Shown one piece after another: positions 1 to 6,937 of a DNA stretch of 16,133 nucleotides. The position numbers and the translations under genes were made by a program. This DNA comes from Candidatus Diapherotrites archaeon CG08_land_8_20_14_0_20_30_16 (lineage in GTDB: Archaea > Iainarchaeota > Iainarchaeia > Iainarchaeales > 0-14-0-20-30-16). The notes beneath the pieces were generated by a model, which saw nothing but the letters and a program-made list of their open reading frames with translations, did not search any database and was not told where the DNA came from. The DNA is taken from positions 1 through 16,133 of the forward strand of contig PEXK01000002.1 in the NCBI GenBank assembly GCA_002779075.1. The letters run 5' to 3'. Position 1 is the first letter of the stretch. Every line of letters starts with the position of its first letter.

Positions 1-1500
1 ATAACTATTGTGTACAATAATATTGTTTGCAACAAAGTTATGATTCTCTAGAACTTCTATATCATAAACTTTCTGTTTTTTATTAATTGTTTTTAGCTCT
101 ATAATTTCATCCCATAATATATCACTTTTTGCTAAATTCATCAAATATTCTGATTTCTCTTGTTTGGCAATTTTTTCTAATTTAGTTCTGCTGATTGAAT
201 ATTTTTTTAATTCTTTTGAACTTTTAGAAACTTTGTATCCTAAGGCTTTTCCAATTTCAACCCAAGACGATTTAAATTTGTAGTTATTCCATAATTCTTT
301 TGGTATTGTATCTATGTTTGGGTTAAATTTTGCTTTTTTTTCTTTTTTTAAGGCAAATTTTGCTTTTTTTTCTTTTTCTCCAAAAAATCCAATTTCTTCA
401 ATGAATGTCTTGACAAACTCTCCAGAAATAATTAATTCATATGCTTTGAATATTTTGTTATTATATTTTATTGTTCTATTTCTTAATATTGAAATTACAC
501 CAAATTTTAAAAGCAAGCTTTGAACCTGAGTTATTAATTTTTTCGAAGCCGAACTATAATCAATTTGATAAAACCTGCCATGTTTGTATATTGAACCATC
601 ACAACTAAATAATCTATTTAAAAATATTACCAGTTCTGTTTTTGGTAATTTGTATATTATTTTAGGAATATCTTTTTCTTTTGCAAACTTTCCGAAAGCA
701 GTTACTTTTTTTAACCACTCTTTTAAACTGTTTTGCGGTGTAAATTTTATTCCCTTAGCAAATAAGTTCCCTTTTCTGTTGTTTTTTAAGATTTTTCTTG
801 TAAAATTAGTATTTACTGCTCTTAAAGTTATTCCAATTGGTTTTAATGTGAGATTTTTATCAAATTTTGTTATACAATCACTATACTCTTTAATTATTTT
901 TTTATCTGCATTAGTAAACCAAACCATGTTGTTCATAGTGTGTCCTTCAGCAATCAAATATGCCAAAAGTTTTACTTTGTGTTGTTCTAACTGTTCTTTG
1001 CCAAAGTAAGGCAATATTCTAGGTGTTGCAATTCTTGACCCTTTTTTTAACTTTTGTGCTTCAACCCAACCATTAATAGTATACAGTGGGTGTTTTGGGG
1101 TTAATTCAATTTCTCTTCCGGTTCTTGATTTTAATATTATTGTTTTATTAATAGTTCTCTCATAAAACTGGGTTTTATTGTTTTGTTCTAACTTGAATTT
1201 GGAGTTCATAGCAATAATTTTTTTATTAATTTTTGCCAAATCTTTAATTTTTGCTACAGAACCATCATCTAATTGTATTTCTGTTTCCCCGGTTAGACAT
1301 TTGCCAGAACCCCTTTTCCCTGAAATTAATACAACATGTGGTTTAGCTAAATCAACTAGAATCTTTCTGCCTAAAACTGGATTCTCGCCAGAGCTCATTA
1401 CTACTTTTGCAAGAAGACCAGTTCCTTTCTTGCCATACTTTTTAATATCCTCTTCTGATCTGCCAACAACTACTTCTTCAGAGCTTAGTTCAAATGCCAT
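1..1500 (-). CDS. HerA/DUF87-type (COG0433-like) P-loop NTPase, 5' part only, interrupted by an intein. The gene continues beyond the window start.
   Basis: My own translation of the minus strand from ATG 1500..1498 gives 500 sense codons down to base 1 with no stop. That explains its absence from the ORF track. N-extein (1500..1300): MAFELSSEEVVVGRSEEDIKKYGKKGTGLLAKVVMSSGENPVLGRKILVDLAKPHVVLISGKRGSGK. This ends inside a Walker A loop, and the frame resumes with SY at 6..1 after the intein. A TATA-like ttatatata lies about 27-35 nt upstream of the ATG. Confidence 0.85.
   Translation of the reverse strand, partial: MAFELSSEEVVVGRSEEDIKKYGKKGTGLLAKVVMSSGENPVLGRKILVDLAKPHVVLISGKRGSGKCLTGETEIQLDDGSVAKIKDLAKINKKIIAMNSKFKLEQNNKTQFYERTINKTIILKSRTGREIELTPKHPLYTINGWVEAQKLKKGSRIATPRILPYFGKEQLEQHKVKLLAYLIAEGHTMNNMVWFTNADKKIIKEYSDCITKFDKNLTLKPIGITLRAVNTNFTRKILKNNRKGNLFAKGIKFTPQNSLKEWLKKVTAFGKFAKEKDIPKIIYKLPKTELVIFLNRLFSCDGSIYKHGRFYQIDYSSASKKLITQVQSLLLKFGVISILRNRTIKYNNKIFKAYELIISGEFVKTFIEEIGFFGEKEKKAKFALKKEKKAKFNPNIDTIPKELWNNYKFKSSWVEIGKALGYKVSKSSKELKKYSISRTKLEKIAKQEKSEYLMNLAKSDILWDEIIELKTINKKQKVYDIEVLENHNFVANNIIVHNSY
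7..1299 (-). mobile_element. Intein (431 aa) with LAGLIDADG homing-endonuclease domain, inserted between Lys and Ser of the Walker A motif GKRGSGK|SY
   Basis: Block A is CLTGETEIQLDDGS, starting at Cys codon 1299..1297. Block B is TPKHPLY. The LAGLIDADG motifs are KLLAYLIAEGH and FLNRLFSCDGSIY. Blocks F/G are KVYDIEVLENHNFVANNIIVHN, ending at Asn codon 9..7, followed by the +1 Ser at 6..4. Confidence 0.85.
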
Positions 1501-1547
1501 AATTATCTATATAGTGATGTTAAAAAAGTATATATAATTATCTTATT

Positions 1548-1772
1548 CTAAGGTGATACTAGTATTATTGTATCTCCTCTGATAATAACTTTGCCAAACT
1601 TTTGTGCAACGCTATCATCTTCGTTTAGTTTTTCAGCTTCTTCTAATACCAAGTTCATATGAACATCGAAAGCTTTTAATTTTCCTCTAATTCTTAAGTT
1701 ACCTTTCATTAGTATCAATACATTTTTGTTAATACTGTTGTTTAAAAAATCAAATGGTTTTGTTTCTGTCAT
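1548..1772 (-). CDS. Archaeal Sm-like (LSm/SmAP) RNA-binding protein
   Basis: 74 aa. The Sm1/Sm2 pattern is present: VLILMKGNLRIRGKLKAFDVHMNLVLEEAE ... KFGKVIIRGDTIILVSP. A GGTGA lies 9 nt upstream of the ATG. Confidence 0.9.
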   Translation of the reverse strand: MTETKPFDFLNNSINKNVLILMKGNLRIRGKLKAFDVHMNLVLEEAEKLNEDDSVAQKFGKVIIRGDTIILVSP

Positions 1773-1802
1773 TCTTTTTCACCTCAAAAATATCTTTATT
1801 AA

Positions 1803-1826
1803 ATGACAAACAATATAATTTGTCAT
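1803..1826. promoter_or_regulatory. Perfect 8-bp inverted repeat ATGACAAA-N8-TTTGTCAT whose spacer is TATA-like (caatataa / ttatattg), upstream of the Sm gene
   Basis: Read directly from the sequence. It lies between the MinD stop (1879) and the Sm start (1772), with the TATA-like spacer about 40-46 nt upstream of the Sm ATG. Confidence 0.4.
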
Positions 1827-1878
1827 GCAAGCGCTAGGTTTGATTTGTCTTTTATTAATCATTTGTTTTTCCTAAATC

Positions 1879-2655
1879 TCATTTGCCAAATATACTTTTT
1901 AGCCAAGCAAAGAATCCTTTTTTCTCTGTTTGAATAACAACTTCTTTTCCCAACAATCTCTTAGCAATGTTTTTTATTGCTAAACTTGCAGGAATATTAG
2001 GATTCTTTATTATTATAGGTACAATTTGTTTATAGTAGAAATTTTCTCTAACAACTTCATCAAATGGAATCATCCCATAAGATGGTAATTCCATCATTTT
2101 AACAATATCTTCTTCTTTAATTTCTCCTCTGTAATGTCCCACCATGTTTACAATAATGCCTACAGGTTTTGCATTGATTTTCTGTGCCATTATTTTTGTT
2201 TTCAAGGCATCTGCAATTGATAATGAATATGGATTTATTACTATAAAAACTTCTGTGGCTGCTGCCATTGCTGCTAATGTATCTTCCCCAATCCCTGCTG
2301 CGCAATCCAAAATTATAAAGTTATAGTTATAGGTTAGTTTTTTTACAATCTGTGGAATTTTGCTTAAATCTAAAGCTTGAAAATTCTGCAGTGACAAAGA
2401 AGCAGGAATAACATCCACCCCTCCCGGACCTTTGTAAATAACATCTTCAATATTTGCTTCTCCTCTTAAAACATCATTTATTGTTATGGGCGAGGATTCC
2501 ATACCCAAAATCAAACTCAGGTTTGCCATACTAACATCAGCATCAATCAAAAGTACCTTTTCATTCATTTGCTTTAATGCAATTCCTAGATTTGCAACAA
2601 GGGTGGTTTTCCCTACTCCGCCCTTACCAGAGGCAAATGTTATTATTCTAACCAT
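1879..2655 (-). CDS. minD: MinD/ParA-family ATPase (archaeal MinD type) with a C-terminal amphipathic helix
   Basis: Deviant Walker A SGKGGVGKTT, Walker B-like FIILDCAAG, and the C-terminal tail KKGFFAWLKSIFGK, which resembles a MinD membrane-targeting helix. Confidence 0.92.
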   Translation of the reverse strand: MVRIITFASGKGGVGKTTLVANLGIALKQMNEKVLLIDADVSMANLSLILGMESSPITINDVLRGEANIEDVIYKGPGGVDVIPASLSLQNFQALDLSKIPQIVKKLTYNYNFIILDCAAGIGEDTLAAMAAATEVFIVINPYSLSIADALKTKIMAQKINAKPVGIIVNMVGHYRGEIKEEDIVKMMELPSYGMIPFDEVVRENFYYKQIVPIIIKNPNIPASLAIKNIAKRLLGKEVVIQTEKKGFFAWLKSIFGK

Positions 2656-2737
2656 AAAAAATCACTTTTATTTTTTGTGGTACTGTTGACAATTTTGCAT
2701 ACTTGATAAAAATTGGCAACTGACCATGAATATCACT

Positions 2738-3220
2738 TTAACAAACATCTTTTAATTTTTCAGTTATTATTTCTGGATTTCTGGCATATAATTGTTTTGA
2801 ATTTAGAACATCATGTGTTATTGCATTTATTTCCATATCACTTAACTTAATTTCTTTTTTTGTTACAAAAACAAAACTGTCCCTTTCAAACAAACCAATC
2901 CAAGGATTATCCTCCAATAACATAACTTTTTTTTGCAGGTTTAATTTTATACTATTAAAAAAATCATAGTATTTTAACAATTCTTTTTTGTTTATGTCCT
3001 CTGAAGACAACAAAATATCTTTATTTAAAATAAGTGCAAACTCTAATAAATTGTGTTTCTTTAACAAAGTTTCAATAAATGCTGAAATATTTTGTTTACT
3101 AATTTCTTTTACTATTTGTTTTTGACCAGAATATAAATCCCTTATGAATAGTTCTTGGTCTGATGTTTCTGTATCGTCTATGCCCAAAACGTGTCTTGCA
3201 ATTTTTCTAAAAAAAGCCAT
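2738..3220 (-). CDS. Hypothetical protein, tentatively Roadblock/LC7 (MglB)-like
   Basis: 160-aa ORF, 8 nt downstream of the preceding gene. The segment ETLLKKHNLLEFALILNKDILLSSED followed by a hydrophobic beta-like run resembles the Roadblock pattern. The functional call is weak. Confidence 0.65.
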   Translation of the reverse strand: MAFFRKIARHVLGIDDTETSDQELFIRDLYSGQKQIVKEISKQNISAFIETLLKKHNLLEFALILNKDILLSSEDINKKELLKYYDFFNSIKLNLQKKVMLLEDNPWIGLFERDSFVFVTKKEIKLSDMEINAITHDVLNSKQLYARNPEIITEKLKDVC

Positions 3221-3228
3221 GATCTCAC

Positions 3229-3711
3229 TTATATATTAATATTGCCGAGCCCAATCTTTTTAAACAGATCGTATTTTGATTCATTTTCTCCTTCTGTTGT
3301 GCCTATAATTTCTTCTCTATATTTTGGGGTCACAAATTGACTCAAATATTTGTATTCTTTTATAGGTGTTGTTTTTATTTTTTCGTTAAATGTTAATATT
3401 AATTCTGTTTGTTCCTTTGTAAGTGCATAAACGTCTAAAGTTCCAAATTGAACAACCAGAGTGCTCATGAATAATTTCATTGCATTGTCACCAAAATTTT
3501 CTTTATTTTTGTCTAAAAATGTGTGATATGCTCCTTTTATTATTCCATCTTGAAATACCAAAAAGGAATCTTCATATCCAAATTTGTCTTTTATAGTTAT
3601 GCAGATATAGCCGTTAAATTTTTTTGCAGACAAATCAGAAATCATGTTTTGACAATTCAAATTTTTTAATGCAACATTTTTTATTATTGGTTTGCCTGTA
3701 GGAATATTCAT
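3229..3711 (-). CDS. Hypothetical protein, DUF4388/PATAN-like (archaeal DUF2226-like) N-terminal domain
   Basis: 160 aa. FNGYICITIKDKFGYEDSFLVFQDGIIKGAYH...FGDNAMKLF...GTLDVYAL follows the G-x-L...iyf-x-dG-x-iv-x-A...G-x-x-A pattern of that family. Its start overlaps the upstream stop as ATGA (3708..3711). Confidence 0.7.
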   Translation of the reverse strand: MNIPTGKPIIKNVALKNLNCQNMISDLSAKKFNGYICITIKDKFGYEDSFLVFQDGIIKGAYHTFLDKNKENFGDNAMKLFMSTLVVQFGTLDVYALTKEQTELILTFNEKIKTTPIKEYKYLSQFVTPKYREEIIGTTEGENESKYDLFKKIGLGNINI

Positions 3712-4166
3712 ATTCTCCCTTTTTGCTGTCTATTTAGAATTACAATATAATCTGCACAGTTTTTCAAAGCTGCTGCACTTGATTCATCAACTAAGATTGC
3801 AACAGTTTCTTTGCCAAGGGCTTTTGCTTTTTGTATTGCAGGAATAAAGTCAGAGTCTCTTGTAACAAAACAAATTACATCTATATTTTTGTTGTACGCA
3901 ATTGTTGCTGCTTCAACAGCCATCATAACATCAACATCTCCAACAGAAATTGCAACTTCAAACCCTTGATTAACAACTGCCTCTGAAAGTTTTGTGGGTG
4001 CAAATTGGTTCAAAAAGACCTTTCCTATTTTTATAGTTCCAAATTGAGTTGCAATATCTTTTATCTGTTTTAGATCTACGTTTAATTCTTTTCTAAGCAT
4101 GTTCGGGCCATCGACAAACACAGCTATATTCTTCTTTTTACTGACTAAATTTTTAAACCAAGACAT
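3708..4166 (-). CDS. NYN-domain (LabA/DUF88-like, PIN-like) predicted ribonuclease
   Basis: IAVFVDGPNM ... DVDVMMAVEA ... VICFVTRDSDFIPAIQKAKALGKETVAI matches the NYN/LabA acidic-residue pattern. I prefer ATG 4166 (MSWFKN...), which has AGGTG 6 nt upstream, over the track's GTG at 4175. Confidence 0.85.
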   Translation of the reverse strand: MSWFKNLVSKKKNIAVFVDGPNMLRKELNVDLKQIKDIATQFGTIKIGKVFLNQFAPTKLSEAVVNQGFEVAISVGDVDVMMAVEAATIAYNKNIDVICFVTRDSDFIPAIQKAKALGKETVAILVDESSAAALKNCADYIVILNRQQKGRI

Positions 4167-4317
4167 AAAAAACACCTACTCAAAACCTGCACCAAATTAG
4201 AGCTTCAGCTAGCTTTAGCTCATTAGATATGCTTATTAGAATATAAAAGTAATATATTTAAATACCTTATTATTATATTTATAACTAGGTGAAGTTCTTT
4301 TTTAGGAGGAGTTTAAA

Positions 4318-4605
4318 ATGACAGGGTTAGTTATTTCGAAGGTAAAGTACTTTTCTTTTGCAAAAGTTTTGGCAATTTATGGTTTTTTTATGACTTTAAT
4401 TGCAATGCTTTTCGATTTGATTTACAAATTAGCTAGCGGGCAGAGCTATTTTATGCCTACTGTGGATTGGGGATCTTGGGTATTATATGCAATAATACAG
4501 TTGATTCTGACTCCAATTGTGATGTTTATTTGTGCATATATTTTAGCATTTATTTTAAACATTGCTTTGAAGGCATCAAAAGGTTTAGAATTAGAGACTT
4601 TGTAA
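4318..4605 (+). CDS. Small integral membrane protein (about 3 TM segments), function unknown
   Basis: 95 aa, hydrophobic. A strong GGAGGAG lies 6-7 nt upstream of the ATG. Confidence 0.6.
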   Translation: MTGLVISKVKYFSFAKVLAIYGFFMTLIAMLFDLIYKLASGQSYFMPTVDWGSWVLYAIIQLILTPIVMFICAYILAFILNIALKASKGLELETL

Positions 4606-4621
4606 TTAGGTGGTGTTATGC

Positions 4622-5749
4622 ATGTCTCTACTATTTAGCATTCGGGAGATTAAAATACCTTATTTTAATCTTAAGTTTGGAATAGTAGAGATAGATACTA
4701 CTTTTGTTTTTTTTGTTATTGGTCTGCTAATTGGTTTAATTGCATTTCATAGTTTGAAAAGTCTTTTTGTTGTACTTTTGTTTCTTGCATTTATTGTTTT
4801 TATTCTTCTTCATGATTTTGTTCAGATTCTTATTGCAAAAACTTTTTCTTTGAAGTTAAGGAAATTTATTATTTTCCCTTTTGGCACAAAAAAGTTTTAT
4901 GGCAAAGATTTTGATAATGCAAAACAAGAATTTATTTATGCGTTTGCTGGACTTTTAGTGTATTTTGTTTTAATGTTAGCTTTTGCAATATTAGGATTAA
5001 CAGTTTTCAGTGGAGTTTGGCCAGAAACAATAACTCTGCAAAACACTTTGACAAGCCAAACATTTGATTTTACTTTAATGGATTTTCCTTTGTTTTTCTT
5101 GTTTTGGGTCTCTTTCCTTTTGTTTGCTTTTAACCTTTTTATCTTTGCTATGCCAATGGACGGAGGAAGACTAGTAAAAGCACTTTTGACTATAATTTTT
5201 GGCCAATATTCTGCAAACAAAATAGTACCTTATATCAGCAGAGTAATTACTTTACTTGTAATTTTAGCAGGATTATTTTTCTGGGATATTATAATTATTT
5301 TAATTGGACTTTTTATTTATTATACGACAGTAAAGGAATTGCGAGAGTATGAAATACTTCGAGTACTTGAAGGTAAATCTGTGAAATCTTTTATGAAGCC
5401 TTGTGATTTAATTTTCAATTCTGAACAGACAGTAACAGATTGCTTCAAAGAGATGAAGAAAACTATGATTCCTGATGCTGTAGTGACGTTTGATGAGGGC
5501 GGGTTTGGTGTTATTGATGTTGAAGAAATATCTAAAGTCAGCAAGCTTTATTGGCCAACAACAAAGATAGGTACAGTAGCAAAAATAGTTGATGGTGTTA
5601 GCGAGCGTGAAAATCTTGCTTTTGTTGCTCAATATATGGTTACAAAGGATTTGGAGATAATTCCTGTTGTTGATGCTTGTAAGACCCTTCTAGGTATAAT
5701 TAAAAGAGCAGAATTCTCAGATTATATAAAAATACATAAGATCTTGTAA
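4622..5749 (+). CDS. Site-2 protease (peptidase M50) homologue with a C-terminal CBS pair; the HExxH motif is degenerate (HDFVQ)
   Basis: M50 architecture: multi-TM core, LLHDFVQILIAK where HExxH is expected (4811..4825), NLFIFAMPMDGGR for NxxPxxxxDGG (5132..5167), then two CBS-like repeats. ATG 4622 has AGGTGGTG upstream, and I prefer it to the track's GTG at 4610. Confidence 0.85.
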   Translation: MSLLFSIREIKIPYFNLKFGIVEIDTTFVFFVIGLLIGLIAFHSLKSLFVVLLFLAFIVFILLHDFVQILIAKTFSLKLRKFIIFPFGTKKFYGKDFDNAKQEFIYAFAGLLVYFVLMLAFAILGLTVFSGVWPETITLQNTLTSQTFDFTLMDFPLFFLFWVSFLLFAFNLFIFAMPMDGGRLVKALLTIIFGQYSANKIVPYISRVITLLVILAGLFFWDIIIILIGLFIYYTTVKELREYEILRVLEGKSVKSFMKPCDLIFNSEQTVTDCFKEMKKTMIPDAVVTFDEGGFGVIDVEEISKVSKLYWPTTKIGTVAKIVDGVSERENLAFVAQYMVTKDLEIIPVVDACKTLLGIIKRAEFSDYIKIHKIL

Positions 5750-5822
5750 TCTGCACACTAAACATATTTATATGTTGATTATGTATTGCTAAACCTAAAT
5801 AGTGTTAAAAGGATATGATTAT

Positions 5823-5993
5823 ATGGAAATTGCAGGAGTTCTTTTGATTGTTTTGATGGTTTTTGTTGTAATACTAGTCTTTTTAATCATATTCTTTAAT
5901 TATTTAAATAGTCGTCACAGTTCTTATTTGAGCAAAGAAGAAACAAGAAATAGAAAGAAAGGGAATTCTTTAAAACAACAAAATGTTGTTTAG
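5823..5993 (+). CDS. Small single-pass membrane protein, hypothetical
   Basis: MEIAGVLLIVLMVFVVILVFLIIFFNYL followed by a basic tail. The track starts at GTG 5802; I prefer the ATG at 5823 with AAGGA upstream. Confidence 0.4.
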   Translation: MEIAGVLLIVLMVFVVILVFLIIFFNYLNSRHSSYLSKEETRNRKKGNSLKQQNVV

Positions 5994-6032
5994 AAAAATA
6001 TTAAAGAACATATTTAAGGTGGAGGGGATGGA

Positions 6033-6593
6033 ATGGTATCAAAAGATATGAAAAGAGAATTGTTAAGAATAGCTCGTTTGAGCATAGAATCTAAATTGGA
6101 CTATAAAGATTTTGTTCCGGATTATACTGAATTATCAGATGCTTGCTTTGAAAAGCGTGGTGTTTTTGTTGTTTTGATTCAAGATAATTTTATGAAAAGT
6201 ATGTCTGGTATAACAGAACCAAACAAAGAACTTTATCAATTAGTGCAAGAATGTGCAGTAAACGCAGCATTTTATACAAAGATCAAAGTAACTAAATTAG
6301 ATCTTCCCAAAATTGTAATAGAAATTTCTCTTGTTGGGAACTTGAAAAAATTGGATTATTCTGGAGCTGATGATTTGCAATCAAAAATAAATTCTAAAAT
6401 TGGTCTGGTTTTGAAAGAAGGAATGCATAAACAAGTATTTTTGCCTACTATGTGGAGAATGTATCCTGATAAGCGTGTGTTTTTAGATAAACTATGTTCT
6501 GAAGCAGGTTTGCAAGATGCAACATGGATGAGAAAACCTTTGGATTTACAATATTTCACAACAGAATCCTTTGCTGAAGACGATGAAAAATAA
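6033..6593 (+). CDS. AMMECR1-domain protein (divergent)
   Basis: RGVFVVL..., IEISLV..., GLVLKEGMHKQVFLPTMW..., FLDKLCSEAGL...W follow the AMMECR1 order. The conserved LRGCIG-type motif reads MKSMSG here. GGAGGGG lies just upstream. Confidence 0.8.
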   Translation: MVSKDMKRELLRIARLSIESKLDYKDFVPDYTELSDACFEKRGVFVVLIQDNFMKSMSGITEPNKELYQLVQECAVNAAFYTKIKVTKLDLPKIVIEISLVGNLKKLDYSGADDLQSKINSKIGLVLKEGMHKQVFLPTMWRMYPDKRVFLDKLCSEAGLQDATWMRKPLDLQYFTTESFAEDDEK

Positions 6594-6604
6594 GAGGCGA
6601 AATT

Positions 6605-6772
6605 ATGGATATTAAAACAGTTGTGGTTATAGAAAAAGATTTAGATGGTTATTTTGCTTTTTGTCCAACAATACAGGGTTGCTATTCACAAGGTAACACT
6701 TATGAAGAAGCAATTATAAATATAAAGGATGCACTAAAATTGCATCTAGAAGTACTGCAAGAAGCCATATGA
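6605..6772 (+). CDS. hicB: HicB-family (UPF0150) antitoxin-like protein, N-terminal domain only; below the ORF-track length cutoff
   Basis: My translation: MDIKTVVVIEKDLDGYFAFCPTIQGCYSQGNTYEEAIINIKDALKLHLEVLQEAI (55 aa). AAGAGG lies 7 nt upstream. Confidence 0.75.
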   Translation: MDIKTVVVIEKDLDGYFAFCPTIQGCYSQGNTYEEAIINIKDALKLHLEVLQEAI

Positions 6773-6912
6773 TCTTTAAAAACTCTGAAGGCACAAGAAT
6801 AACTATTCCTTATCATTCAAAAGAAACTTTGCACCCCAAAATTATTAAAAGTATAATAATCGATTGTAAGCTGAATGCAGAGGGGTTTAAAAAACTGCTG
6901 GTAATTTTTTAA
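6769..6912 (+). CDS. hicA: HicA-like toxin, C-terminal two-thirds only from the first ATG (possibly truncated or decaying)
   Basis: MIFKNSEGTRITIPYHSKETLHPKIIKSIIIDCKLNAEGFKKLLVIF (47 aa) matches the HicA ...vtvPvH.gkel..gtlksIlkqagl..eef..ll pattern. Its ATG overlaps the hicB stop (ATATGA). Confidence 0.55.
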   Translation: MIFKNSEGTRITIPYHSKETLHPKIIKSIIIDCKLNAEGFKKLLVIF

Positions 6913-6937
6913 TTTTTTATTTACAAATAATTAATTA

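Noticed and set aside
314-1537. Plus-strand ORFs 314..523, 584..1009 and 1178..1537 from the ORF track
   Set aside because: Their translations are F/L/I/S-rich and low in complexity. They lie entirely antisense to the 500-codon minus-strand ATPase/intein ORF, which has clear motifs, so they are shadow ORFs.
2117-2689. ORFs 2117..2305 (-), 2144..2326 (+) and 2486..2689 (+) inside the minD region
   Set aside because: They are alternative-frame or antisense shadows of a well-supported MinD CDS, and show no motifs of their own.
4196-4225. AGCT-rich element (agcttcagctagctttagct) in the divergent promoter between the NYN operon and the small membrane gene
   Set aside because: It contains four AGCT tetramers and partial dyad symmetry. 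The symmetry is imperfect and there is only one copy, so it is too little to call an operator.
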